Positions 40,427 to 54,158 of a stretch of DNA of 64,000 bases are shown piece by piece; position 1 is the first letter of the stretch; each line of letters starts with the position of its first letter. The position numbers and the translations under genes were made by a program. Origin of the DNA: Oculina patagonica (taxonomy: Eukaryota); NCBI RefSeq assembly GCF_052425735.1, contig NC_135765.1:4836001-4900000 (forward strand), given 5' to 3'. The notes below the pieces were generated by a model. The model was not told where the DNA came from. It was given only the letters and a program-made list of their open reading frames with translations, and did not search any database.

Positions 40427-41612
40427 CTGCAAAATAAAAAAAAAAATAGTCAATGATGAATGTACAATATTATCTGCTTGAGCGGGAAATACAAAAGTTA
40501 AGTTAAAAGCATTTATTTTATTGACGGTTTCTGTTAAAATAGCTTCATGCTTGGACCCTCGTGTATATGAAACGAATAATCAATTAACCCATGCTGGCTA
40601 ACTAGAAACTATAGAGAAATATGGCGTAACGGAAGATCTAGTTAAACTCGAGATTACCGAGGACAAATCCAGTTAGTGGCAAAGAGTTTAATCCCAGGCT
40701 TAACTGTCATAAGGTTTATGTCTCTTCGTTGAATCCGCATTTTTTATTTCTGCATTTAGTGCTGTTGCCCTTCTCGAAATTATTCTTGAGAAACGTAAAT
40801 AAAAAATCTTCTTTCACTCCATACAAATCAAAATCTACAACGTGTTTGCTTCAGATTGATTTCATTTGACTTAATAAAAGCATCGAATAAAATGATAAAA
40901 TGACAAAACAACAAACAAAAACGAAACTGGTAGAACCAGGAATATTTTTATGCTGCGTTGTGTACTAATTTCAATTAAGGTAAAATTTTAACCTTCATTT
41001 TTAAAACATAAAACCATTTTCAGACAGGATCACAAGAGAATCGGCGGGAGTTCACGAAAGATGAAACAATTGCTCTCTTTTGATTGGGAACTTTCATACG
41101 CAAATTTGAATCTATTCACATTTTCATAAAGTACATGTAGTCGATATTTTTTTCTCATTTATTTGTCAAGCAGATTATTGAAGCCACGAGCCCAATGCTT
41201 TTATTTACTTTCTGTTAAGCGCATTATGAATTGTTAACTGCAACTGAGAAATGATCAAAGCTCAATTTAACCAAAAGGACTTTATAGTTTATGCACTAGC
41301 CTTCGTTAAGCAGTATTGCTGTAAAAATATGACTTATAATAGTGTTAGGAAAATCAAACCTGTTTTAGGTTACAATATAGAAAAGTAAGGAAAGTTTCAA
41401 TATGCACCCAGTATAGATTTTGTGGTGCGCCAACTAAATAAAGGGTGGATTTATTTGAAACATACGCATATAGCCGCTGAATTAGCCGTTGGAATTTTTA
41501 TTGTTTTTTAGCTCAAAAACAATAAAAAGTTCCAATTGGCAATTGCGACTGTTATACGCGTATGTTTCAAGCAAGTAAATGCGCCCATAAAGGGTACAGT
41601 TGGATAAACTTA

Positions 41613-42511
41613 CAGGATCGGATCCAGGATTTTTCCAAGGGGGGCTGGCTGTTTTCCAATATTTTTTGTTTACTATATTGTTCAAGCCCCAGTTTTTTTA
41701 TGGGGCGTTTCAGGCTTTTAGGCAGTTTTTTGAAAGTGGAAGTGCAAATTACTTTGGGTCTGAGGCCCATATTTCATGGAGCCATAGGCTCCATCCCCCT
41801 AGGGGGGTCTGGGGGCATGCCCCCCGCAGAAAATTTTGAAAAGTTGAAGCCTCTTAGACGTGATTTCCGCGATTCTGAGCAGCGTTATACAGCTGTCAAT
41901 TAAGTTATTAAACCACTGTTTTTCCTTGATAATTTGGCAAAATACTCTTTCCTCAACTTATATACTTTGAGTTATATTTCGGAGAAAAAGTCTAGTTCTT
42001 ATGAAATGAACAGTGATTGAAATTTAAAGTTGACAGGCCACGAACTTACAGGAAAGAACAGATATGCGGTTTTTTTTTGCTCAACCACGTGCATGGAAAT
42101 TTTTAGCTCTTGGCAAAGTAGCCTGGAGACAACTTTGGCGACTTTGCTTGCTTGTGAAATCGCTTCGATGCGAAAAAAGGGTAAGAAACCTCGCTTAAAA
42201 AAGATGTAAATGGAGAGGAAAATCATTCCAGCAAGGCTAAAACAACTCTTGAAAGCTAAAAGGAATCTATGTTTTTAAAATTGTACACGCATATTTTGTA
42301 ACATTAAGCCAAAAGTTCGTAAAACAGGCTGTCGAAAATCTCCTATTTTGGAACAATGGCCGTCCTTAACTTTGAACGGCCGCCTGACTATGAAAGGTGG
42401 ATGGACATTGTCCTTATTTTCTATTTCAATATGTTTATATTTTCATTTTTCTGGTGGATCAAGGGGGGTGGCTAGCCACCCAATCCACCCCCCCCCCTGG
42501 ATCCGCCCCTG
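41613..42511. mobile_element. hAT-like element with a 5-bp TSD
   Basis: CAGGATCGGATCCAGG...CCTGGATCCGCCCCTG; ACTTA on both flanks; internal ggggggtctgggggcatgccccccgc motif. Confidence 0.75.
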
Positions 42512-44768
42512 ACTTAATTGACAATAGGAAGAATAATATGTGTTGAAGAGAAATAATGGTACGAGTTGGTTTAAAACATTTTCTTATTAACTTTATGAGC
42601 ATTTATAGTCTCGAGTATTTCTGATGTATCATATTTTTTGTTTGGAATAAAGAAAATAAAACAGGAAAGAAAATAATGTTGAACGTTTAAATCACTAAGA
42701 AAATGTGTGTTTAAAAAAAGTTAAGCTGACTTTAGAGGAGCTACGTCACGGGGATTTCGCAGATTTTTTGGTCTAAACTGTTCCTAAATTAGTGGTAGGC
42801 AACTTAAACCATGAAGAACGTTATCTTTGAACATCGAAAGGAAGATATCACCTTAATTTTTGGATAGAAATCAAGCTACGGCTATAGATATCATTATTTT
42901 TTAATATGCGCGAAAACAAAAAGTTAAAACTTAATTTTTAATGATTTTCATCCGAGTCATCCGCAGCCAAAAACGCTCGTTAACAGTTTCAGTGCTCTAA
43001 CATAGCAATTGTTAATAAAAATGGACCATTTTTTAGGTTTCCTTCGACACAAATATAAATTTTGGCTGTTTAAAAATCTGGTAACATCCATGACAAAGCC
43101 CCTTCAAGAATGATATATCACAAAGAAGGAAACAACAGCAAAAAAAAAAACACAAACAAACAAACAGAATGGCGCATATGAGGACGAATGTTTTTAAGAA
43201 CGTACCTTTTTAAACACGATTTTCAAGATGAACCGTCAGAAACCTTAACCAGCGATGAATCCGCACAGTACTATAAACATGTCCGCATGGATCTATTGGA
43301 TACATAGACAGGACAAAGATTTTAGTTCATGTTGTTCGAGTTTTTCTTTCCGCTGTTAAAAGGTTATTTTCTCCAAATTTTCAAAGCCACCTGTTACTTA
43401 TGTTACTTTCAGAAAAGTAATATGTATCGTGATGTTTGCCTTATGTCATGTTGCCATGGTAACTACAGTGTAACACGCAATTTTCCCTGACATTTTTCAA
43501 ACTTATGAAATGCGAAAGAAAGTTAACATGAATTGTCTTCTCATTCCTTATATCTTTCCTTCATTCACGATATTATTGAGAAGGCATGCATATTACAAAA
43601 TTCAACATCTAAACAACATCAGTTTGTTTATTCTGTAAACAAACCGCTCTCGAGCTCTATTCAATTATTGATGTGCAGATGCGAGGCTTTTCACTTTGTT
43701 TCACTTAACTCTGATTTTTAATTACTCTGATTGCCTAAAGATTTGTTTTGAGAATAAATTATAAATTTGTAATTTATTTGAATGAAATTTGTTTCATATT
43801 GAAATGAAATTGTAAGCGCTCAGTGAATGCTAATTAAAATTCTCTTTTTTTTTTCTATTATCTTCAGTGGGAACTATAAACTTAAGCTTTGTTATCAGCA
43901 CGGTTTTGTTGAAGAGTAAAGTCTTATAGCTGAGGATAGTTTTTTTTGTAAATAGGCAGACAACACTTTTTAAATCAAAATATGAGTTTACTGCAGTTCA
44001 GAAACCGAAAACTAAACCCGTTAATCAGGCCAACATTTACAGGACCCTAGTCAGCCACGTCTTTGTTTGTGTTTACATACGAGAAGTTCGGTATTATGTT
44101 TTTCGCGGAGCATGTCTAAAGTTAAGAGATCACTGTAAATTAAACTACTAAAAGTAATTAAAAAGACTTCAAGTGCAATAAAATTTCGCTTCGCGGTACG
44201 GTTTTCATAATTTTGATGGCATTGAAAATGGTGGAGGCTGAAGGATCCTTTAAGCTCAACTGACAAATTTCACTCCGAACAAACAAAAGAATGATAGAAT
44301 AACTAGTCAAAAATAAGCGCAGATAATTTAAAAAAGCATTTTTGGCAGTTTAAGAGCTCAGTAAAGCAAACGAGCAAGGCCGGACGAGGATTTCTTTTCA
44401 ACATGCGAAATGTCCGAATTAAGATGGCAGAGAAAATGGCGGAGGCTGACTAGGATCCTTTTTAAAGATGTTTAGTCAAAGACACATTCATTACACAGTA
44501 TGGATGCCCTCGTATTAAATTCGGTCGGGATTTTTATTCTTCACCGTAGTCAGAAACGTGCATGTGAATGGATTGATTGATTGTTGACGTTTCTCTTATC
44601 CCGCGAAACCACGTGTTTGTCTCCGTGGAAGCATTGATACTGAGAACACGTCCGAAGTATTAAAACCAACTGCAAGTATAAATTCAAAATACAAACACTA
44701 ATATTGTATTGCTTCAAAAGCTCCCGTTGCTTTGAGATTGCACCTAGAGTGGGCTCGATAGTTGTTTT

Positions 44769-44914
44769 AGCCTGTTCCAGGCGTTCGGTTAGTTGAGAAA
44801 GCAGCGCGAAGAACGGCGAGCGAAAAAAATTTGGGCGAGTTAGTCCCTTCGCCATTCTTTCGCTCGACGTTTTCCGCGCTTCTCCCTCAACTAACCGAAC
44901 GCCTGGAACAGGCT
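44769..44914. mobile_element. Palindromic MITE (AGCCTG termini)
   Basis: agcctgttccaggcgttcggttagttgag...ctcaactaaccgaacgcctggaacaggct. Confidence 0.75.
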
Positions 44915-45500
44915 TTAGTTGCTCTAACTATATATCGCTTTCTTTCATCACCGGAAACGTCTGATTTCATTCACAAATTTTTATTTATTTGTACGTATAA
45001 AATAAAATGTGGCTGTGGAAGGCCATTCTCATCCCGCTTAATCGGCCTTTGGGCGATATATGTCATGTACTCATATATAGAAGGTAGGGACATGAGGTGC
45101 ATATGAGAATGAGCCGAATGGAGTCTTTCTCATCCCCCTATTTAACGATATAGCATTTACCAGTAATACTCAAACTAAAAAATGATTTATCAAGTTACAA
45201 CAAGGGAAACCACAACTAAGATGGTGACCTTTATTAGTACAGAGTTTTCCGATTACGAAGTTTTTTGCTTGGTTTGCGAAAATACATATAAAACAAAATT
45301 CAGTGAGTGTTGCGTTACGTTTTCAAACAGCTCGAGGTTTGTTAGTAATACTCCGCTGCGCATCGTATTTTCCATTCCCTTGTTATTTGAAAATGTGATG
45401 AAACACTCTCGCTTGCCCGATACATTGTAAGGCAAAAGCAGTCATTGCTGGTTGACAGAGTTAGACTTTGGTATCCAGTAAAAGCAAAGAGTTAAACAAA

Positions 45501-45777
45501 CAGGGCCGTAACTAGCAACAGGCAAGACGAGGCACTTGCTTCGTCTAGGTTTTAACCCAAAATTAAAATCAAAATGCTTTTATTTAAGAAAATAATTCCC
45601 ATTTGAACGAGATTGATGGTTTTTTAAAGAAATACGTTAAATGCAAATTGCGTTTCAGAGCTTTTAGATTTGACAAAATTCTGGGGTGCATCCCCCAGAC
45701 CCCTCGATCTAGTGGCTCGTGCTTTCGACGATCACAGATTTTGCCTCTTCTTTATCTATAGCTTGGTTACGGCCTTG
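45501..45777. mobile_element. hAT-like MITE with a 5-bp TSD
   Basis: CAGGGCCGTAAC...GTTACGGCCTTG; ACAAA on both flanks; empty paralogous sites near 29655 and 36228. Confidence 0.75.
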
Positions 45778-46936
45778 ACAAACCACCATAAACGGGTAGA
45801 TATGCGTGTAAGATAAGTCCTAGAATTGCATAAAGTCTGGCCTCATATATTGTCTTGAGGTCCCCCGTTAAAATCTCACTCCCCGCCACTAGTTGGATGT
45901 ACGTTCGGTAGTTCCGAATTCAACTCCTCCATGCTTTGTAAAAGCCAACTGGTCAGCCTTTTGCCAGTTTGGATTTTTGACAAGTCTTTCAGGTTCCATT
46001 TACAATACTTGTTTATTTATTTACAGTGTCCCCAGTTAGCACAGTAGTGCTAAATACATAGACAGTTAAATAAAATGAGGCTCCCTTTGTGTGATTATGT
46101 CATCAACACTTAGCTAACACTTTCTTAGAATTTAACATTATGTAGCTTCAAGAGTTATAATATTAGTAATAAAATTATTAAAGAATTTACTTCAAAAATT
46201 GTGCAAGAAGTCTTGTAACATTCGCATATATCATAACGGTTGAGCTATCTAACAATTCCCATCACCTTATAGTACTCATGTAATCCCTTGTCAAAACTTT
46301 CGAATTTTCCCAACACCTTGAGTTAACATAAATCATAATATAATATTTGTTGCAATCACTTTTTTCCTTATAGTTAATAGCATTGTAATAAATATCTAAC
46401 AACACGTACCACTTTGAAGTGATAGAAGTAAATTTTGGGTTAGCGACAAAAAAATACAGTAGAACTTTTTCTTACGGACACGTCCACAATTTTTACACTT
46501 CTACAGCATTTCGGTCCCAGAGAAACAAGAATTTATACAATCTCCACCTCTGTAATACGGACACCTTAATTCATAATATCAGTAGATTCTCAGCTCTGCT
46601 TTCCTGGTGTCTGTATTAATTGAGGTTCGATCTTAGACATCGCACAGTTCGCATAGATCGTAATTTGTTAAATATTTTTACATTAACGAAATCATCTTCA
46701 AGAGACATCACGACTTAGGTTCCGTGATCCTATTTTTTATGAACTAAGACGAAAACGAGTTTTCACAAGAAAAAGAGCTTTGTTCCAGTATTACTACCTT
46801 AAAATCTCCTAATCAATCACAAAACGTTAAACAAGACAAAACAAGGGTAGCTACTTCTTCACAATAATTATTAATTATAAAGGAATTTTCTAGGCTTATG
46901 ATATTAATTATAGAAATATATCAATCAGTCAATAAA

Positions 46937-47069
46937 NNNNNNNNNNNNNNNNNNNNNNNNNNNNNNNNNNNNNNNNNNNNNNNNNNNNNNNNNNNNNNNN
47001 NNNNNNNNNNNNNNNNNNNNNNNNNNNNNNNNNNNNNNNNNNNNNNNNNNNNNNNNNNNNNNNNNNNNN
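46937..47069. other. Assembly gap (133 N)
   Basis: Run of N. Confidence 0.99.
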
Positions 47070-47238
47070 AATTGCACAGTGAATAGTCTCGCTATATACG
47101 CATAATGATTATTTAGCTAGCCTAAAGATTGCCACCACCACGGTGTACCAAACCTTTTCTTATGTATCAAACTAATTACTAATGTCAGCTGTTTAACTCG
47201 AACTTTGCAGCATTTAGAATATTAAACGATCAGCTATT

Positions 47239-49149
47239 TTAACGAACAAAAACTTTCCAGAAATCACCGGACGACGCTCCAACACGGTAGTCATCACATT
47301 CCAATCTTGAGGCATCCGCAGTCAAATGCCAATGATATAAATTCTGCACAAAAGCAGCGTGGTCGTATAATCTCCCTTGAACTTGGCTATATGCATACCC
47401 CCATTTGCCAACTTGAAACGAACCACCTTCAAATCCCCACTTATGGCAAACTCCAACTGTCAGCGAGTCGTCATCATCCATTCTTATAAATGAGCCGCAG
47501 GCGTCCGGCTGGACATCCGTCTGACCGCTGAAGTACTGGACTACAGCTTCACCAGTGCTGTTAGCGGCCGTGGTCATGTGGAACGTACGCCCCTGTTGTT
47601 TTCTGCAGTGGAATCTCAGTTGAGTGAAAGGCAAGTGTGTTCTCAGCTCTCCCGTGGCGTTTTTCGTGGGAAACGTTTTGTTGTTGTGATAGCTGCTTAT
47701 TCCACGGTATGATGTCTCAACTGACAGTTCGAAGGGAGATGAGTCATCAATCACAAGGTTGGAGATAAGGAGCCAGCTTCCTGAAACCATGCAACGATCA
47801 GCGGTGATTTGACAGAACAAAGGCTTAAGGGGATACGACAAGGCTAACTCAGTTTCGTTTATAATATAGCAACATAAGCAGGTACCGTAAAATTCGGTTA
47901 TAAGCCCTGGGTATATAATTGGGGGTTGGGGTAGGGGGGGGGGGGGGGGGGGGGGAAAAAAAAGGGGGGGGAAGAAGAGGGGGGGGGGGGGGGGGGGGGG
48001 GGGGGTGTACATTTAATATAATAATACGGACGCATTTGCGTTGCAACCACAGTCGAACCCATTTGTAAACAAACGTGACAGATTAAAGTGCAGTGCATGT
48101 ATATCAAATACTATAACATATGCAAGTTTATTATTCAACAAATGCTCGAGCTACCCATATATGGTCAAAATGTTAACGTTATCCGTCATCCGTACATGAC
48201 AGATATCCTGCGATATACGTACGTTGTCAAGATTCACCCCAAGACTTTTAATGCGCTGCATAATTACAGTTTTTCTATCTGCAAAATGTGTTTCGTTGAC
48301 AATTTGTTCAATAATAAAAAAAAATGTCCTGTTCAATCTTGTGATTTAGCCAACCGGCGGACGGCGCAATTTCGCAGGATAAAATTTAAATAGTCAGTCG
48401 TAAATAAAATAATATATGAGTTAAGTGTAAATGCGAATTTTGTCGTATGTTAAGGAAATTATACGCAATTATTGGATGAAGTTTCTTTGATATTCAGAAT
48501 ATCAAAACCGCGTGTCAAAGTGTATATCTTTTTATTAAGAAACAAATTTTTCCATCTTTTTTTCAGATATTATTCATCTCTTACCACCGTCAGTTGTCAT
48601 GTCACAGTAGACTTTTAAAGGGCTTCCGTTCTTCTCGAGGTCCAACCAGTAACTGCCGCTGACCGCTTGTCCTCCTTCACTCGCTTTGATTTCTCCACAT
48701 GAATCAGCAGGCATCTCGGGAACAGAACCGAGGGGCACTGGGATTGAATGAAATAATTTCATTACAACTAATCTCGTTGCGAAACATTTGTTAGACATTG
48801 CGATCTAAATTAAATGTTATTTTCTTTTGCAAATTGTTTTACCTCTGTTTGGGGCCTTCCTCATGTAATATCTGTCTTTGTCCTTAACAAAGTGCCCTGG
48901 CCTGGCCTCCTTAGTTCTGTTATTCAACTCGCATATGTCTTGGAAAAAGACGTAGTTATAACTTTGGCATTTGATCTCAGAGTTGCACGCCTCTCTGCAG
49001 TCCATTGAAAGCCGTCGAGCCTTGAACGTCTTAAAGGTGTGGCCCTTTAGCATCATTTGATAGATGGAGTAAGTGTCAATTCCGCATTGCTGGCTGGAGA
49101 TGTTGCGGAACATTAAGGACACCAATAACATTACGGCAATAACTGGCAT
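47239..49149 (-). CDS. Paralogue 4: secreted PAN, cassette A only, fibrinogen-like C-terminal domain (~333 aa)
   Basis: Exons 49149-48843, 48737-48585, 47780-47239; 1002 nt open. No cassette-B homologue seen in intron 47781-48584. Confidence 0.85.
47920..48005. repeat. Poly-G tracts in an intron of paralogue 4
   Basis: Direct reading. Confidence 0.85.
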
Positions 49150-49569
49150 CGTCTGTAAAATAACATAATAAGTTGATGATGAATTGGAATTGACAAAAAT
49201 ATCTGCTTCAGCGGGGAATACGAATGAGTTAGACAAAATTAGAGGAAAAAACTTTATCCCTTTTGTCAATCGTAATGGACGAAGACAATTCATTAAACCA
49301 TTCAAAACTGGAAGCAAATACATGTAGCCGGCACGAAGCGCGGGAAAACGTCTGTAAGCTTAGTCATGATTTGATCCCAAGAACACCGCTTTGTAAGACC
49401 ATTCGGCCACGGTTCCATATTTGACAGAAACGGTTTGAGCCTCTCCGCTGTGTTTTGCTGCAGCTTTAGTCAAAAGAAAACAAGAATAGATTTTGTTTCA
49501 AGAATCTTCCAGACAAACGTGTTTGCTTCAGGATGTATATTATAGGGGTCATTATGAACATTAAACTAA

Positions 49570-49830
49570 TCGTTCAAGAGCGCGCTGGACCCCGGATGGA
49601 GCGGTCCGGGTTCCAGCTCTGGCCAGGTTCACTGCATTTTGACTTAACTCTCATATGGCCTCTTTTCACCCAGGTGTATAAATAGGTGTCGGTGAATTTA
49701 ATGCTGGGGGCTAACCCTGCGATGGACTAGCATCCCCTCTTGGTAGAAGTAGAGATACTCCTAGTCGCTTCATGCTATGGAAACCGGGATAAGCTCCGGC
49801 CTGATGGGCAACTAGACTAGCTTGCTGACT
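49570..49830 (+). mobile_element. tRNA-derived SINE (fragment also at ~57925-57985)
   Basis: Degenerate tRNA-like head gcgcgctggac...ccgggttcca, then cacccaggtgtataaata...cctgcgatggactagcatccc...gtcgcttcatgcta. Confidence 0.6.
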
Positions 49831-52800
49831 ATATCCTTTATCATGAGAACGATTTCAGCTCCAACTGTAATGCGATTTATGTTTCACAATACATTGGAAA
49901 TACATTTCGTTTTGTCTCATTATTTCTTTTAAAATAAAACGATTAACTTGAAACTGAAAAAATCATTTTTGCAGTTATTGACTAGGTAAGAGAGAAAAAG
50001 AAATTTCGTATTTTGAACAAACAAAATGCTACGCGGTTTTTTTTTTAAAACCTTTATCTCAACTTTTGTACATTTATACCGTCGAGTGTGTCGTATATAT
50101 CGGGTTTTGTTGAAGGTGTTGATCACAAAAGAAGAGAGAGAAAATTTAAAGCTGAAATTAATAAGAAATAGTGTGTTCAAAAGTTGGCTGACTGCAAATG
50201 AAATTAAACGAACAAAGAAGGGATTTTCATCAGGAGAAAACGCAAAAATCGACAGGAAATATAACATCGTCTAAAAAAACCAAAATATTAAAATAACGTA
50301 TCAAAAGTACGTACCTCCTAAACACGATTTTCAAGATTCACGCGTCAAAAAAATTTTCATCAGTGCTGAACTCACAAAATACTGGGAAATGATGTCATGG
50401 ATCTGAAGAATATATAGATTACGCGAAGATTTTGTTTTTTACATTGTTCGGATTATATGTCTTTCCGTAAAGCGAGTTAAAAGATGATTTTCTCCAGATT
50501 TTTTAACCATTAATAATTTATGCAAAAGTGAGAAAAGTAATATGTTCCGTGTTGTTTTTCTTGTTGTGTTGCCATGGTAGCTATTGTGCAACACGCAGTT
50601 TTCCCCGATATTTTCCAAACTTGTGAAGTGTAAAGAAATGTTTAAATATTCTCTATTAGAAACACACCACTTAAATCTACCCTTTATTCTCATATTACAA
50701 GATTCAACATCCGGCTATCATCTAAACAAACCGCTCTCTCTCTCTTCAATTATTGATGAGATGTAGAGCTTTTCACTTTGTGTTACGAAAATTAAAGTTC
50801 ATACTCTGTTTATCTAAAGCTTTGTTTTGAGAATGAATAATGAATTTGTCGAATGAAACTAATTTGATATTGACAAGAAATTGTTTGCGCTCAGGGAGTG
50901 CTAATTAAAATTTATTTAAGGTCGCGGGGGATACTTAGCATGAATAAGCGTGAGGCGAAATTTTGCCTCTCCGGCATCTTTAAATTAACGCATATATTTC
51001 GGTTGTTATGGGGTGCGATAAAGCTCTAATTTTACAGAGACGACCAAAAGAAATGATGAAAGATTATGAATGTCATTTTTTTGTTTAATAGATTGCACTT
51101 AACGGGGTGAAAAAAGCCTCGTAAGTGACAAATTGGGAGATACATGATTTTGTGGCAGAGTTTGCAGATCGATTAGGAGACAACACTCTGTGATCTTGCC
51201 ATTACTGATCTGTCAATACCTCTAGTGTGTCATAACAGAAGCAGATTTTTTTATTAAAAGCTTGCCAGCAAGTTATGATGGTTTAAATGCGCAAATTTGA
51301 ATTTAATACCTTTTATAATAAAGTTTCGATATAACACGTGCTCTGATAAGTTAAACGAGCGTACTTTATGAGAGTACAAAGCACCGGAGCTCACAACATC
51401 ATCCGCAAGACCTGAATTGCTGTTTTGAGCTATTTAACCAAATTCAAACGTGAGCAGTCCCGCACGGGTTCAAAGCGGCTCTCTGATTGGCTGATTCACG
51501 AGAACAATAGAAAATTAGTTATTAAAATAAAGACTGTGGTGTCTGTCTGTGGTGATTTCTTTCTTCGTTAGTAGTTCCTCTAATTTACGACAACTGTCAA
51601 ACGTCCGTTATGGTAGACATCCAGACAAACGCAAAGAAAACGAGCTATTTGTCGACAATAATTAAAACAACAGTTGTGTTTATATATATAAAAACAAATT
51701 TCAAGTAATTCCAAGGTCCAACAAGCATACGATAAAAATGCAGCAATCAAATATCGAAATAAACAAAGGTTTCTCAACCTATCGAGTGTTTCGATAAACG
51801 GCGCTATAATTAACGGAGGTGGACATAACACTGAACAAGTAAAACAGTGACAGAAAACAACAAATAAGCTGTATGTGTTTTTTAAAGACGCGCTTTATTT
51901 TTGTAAACATGTCCAAATAAAAGTATTGAAAATTTACATGGAAAGTGCACTCATTCCGTATGACAATCTCCGGTTATCTCAGGTCTCTCAGCGAAGCAAA
52001 CCTCGACATCAATCGTAATGCTCACTCTTCTTATCCGTTAAGAGCTTGCTCTTAGTGGAAGCAGGACATTAATCTTTCCAACGTTGTCGGCAGTTCGGGT
52101 AATCCTTTTGCTGCCGTAAACACAACTGCATGTTCTTCATTTCAAACTCAACGCAGCAGTTTGAAAAATTTCACCCGCAATCCTTTAGCTCTTTCTTTCG
52201 TAATTGTCGTGTCGAAAAGAGCACGTTTTTATCGCTCCAATTCGGAAAGATTTCATTGCACAAAATTATAGCTTTTATAGCTTTTACATCGTAAGTTTTT
52301 GACCGAAAAGTTAACTTCGAACCATTCGCACAGTCGAGTCTTCTTTATTTGTTAACTATCTCTTTCTAAAAGAGCTCTTTTAGAATTCTGCTTCTGTTAT
52401 GACACACTAACAGTATTCCTAGGTTACCTCTTTGCCGTGGCAGGTCATGAAGTTCTGTATCCGCGCTGAATTCTCTGCCACATAATTGTCGGAAAAGTCC
52501 AAACTTCCCGAAGGTGTCCCGACCAAAACACAATTCAAAAGAGACATGAAATTATAGTAATTATATAACACGCTTTAATGGTGAGAACAATGCGTTTTCA
52601 AAAATGACACGATTGTTTATGAAGATTATTGTGAATACTCAAAATTTGGTCATGCGATGGCCGTGTGTATGTGTCATGTCTAGTCGAGTTTTATAATATT
52701 TATAGTTCCGTTCAAGTACCGTTCAACTTAATATATTGAAATTTTTATTCGATCTGCTGCAACATCAAAAGCCGACTGCTAGACTGCTTGTTTTTAATAG

Positions 52801-54158
52801 TTGTCAGGAAGATAGCTTTGGGCTTTTGGCTACGACGCACAAATAAATAATTGCATCAGAAGTGCAAAAAAAATTGAAAAGGTCTCAAACAATATTCAAA
52901 ACGTATCGAATTCATTCATCACTGAACCATTTTCCCGCTGTGATCACACCCATTGTAGCAATCAAAAGCAAAAGGCGAGTTCGGCCAAAAGAACCTTCTG
53001 AGGACAATTCTAATGCAGAAAAATACTTCAGTTAAACACTTCGAAATATTACTGACTTCACTCCTTGTGAAGGCAGGTGAATCTAACACAATAAATTATG
53101 TTTATGCATCACATATTCAAACTGAAGCCAGAAATCATAGCTTTCCGCAGTTAATTACGTTTCTGTGGTGATGTTAAGATGAATAAACGGCTTGTGATGT
53201 TGCAGATCAAATTTAATTTTTTTAAAAATTAAAAGTAAAAACTGGCTTATAACACGCAACTCATACGGCCGTCCACAGAAAATAACAGACTCTTCAGGTG
53301 CCAAACAGTGTTGTAACATTTATCAGTTCCAAGAGGAATTCTTTGGCTCTACGCTTAAAAGACTGAAATCTTATTTCATCCAGGTTTCACAGGTTAGTCC
53401 CACTGGATTTAAAAATTTTCAATTGATGTTACACTAGGAGGAAGAAAAAAAGGGGCCACTTATCCTGTTAGTTTTTTCTTGCCCGAACTACCAGTATGTA
53501 TGCTTTTGACTCAAAGTATCTAAAACTGTAAACTTTCTCATAATTACTTTTGACACTCAAGTGAAAATCGCTCTAATCACAAGTTTTGCGGTCTCGATTT
53601 TTCTAACGCCGTCCAGACAAATGCGTTTTTGTTGATGCGTTTTCACCTATATCGTCCGCACTTCAACGACCAAAAATGCTCATTCACCACCCATCAAGTC
53701 AAGTACCAGTAATTTTGCCGTTATCCTACTTTAATATTTAGTAACATTTAGCACAGCAAAACTTAAGAAACAAAGGTGAACTAACCGGTATTTTACAAAC
53801 TTAAGGAATGTTGACATTCGTCTCGCAGATTCGATTGCAAAGATCTAGAGACGTTTATTCAGTGGTTCATACCTTTTTCCCCGGTTAAATAAACGACTCA
53901 GTGAGATTCTTGCAAATGGGCATTCTTAACAATTTCTTGCTAATTTGAATTGAATATTTGTTTCATATATGCACTCAGTGGTCTATCAAGCTCTCTGACT
54001 ACTTCAATCTATCTCTAAGCAGAAAGTTGAAACCGTCTATTAATAACATTGGCTTTCACTTTACGTTTGCTTCTTCTGCACTTTCTTATTTACGGGCAAC
54101 TGTGAAAATGATAACACATATCACAGAAATAATTTCTATTTTGCAGGGAATACCATAA

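Noticed and set aside
47781-48107. Poly-proline N-terminal extension of paralogue 4
   Set aside because: Comes from intronic poly-G; the homologous acceptor at 47781 defines the exon start.
49570-49630. tRNA gene
   Set aside because: Degenerate, no full cloverleaf, and continuous with a SINE body.
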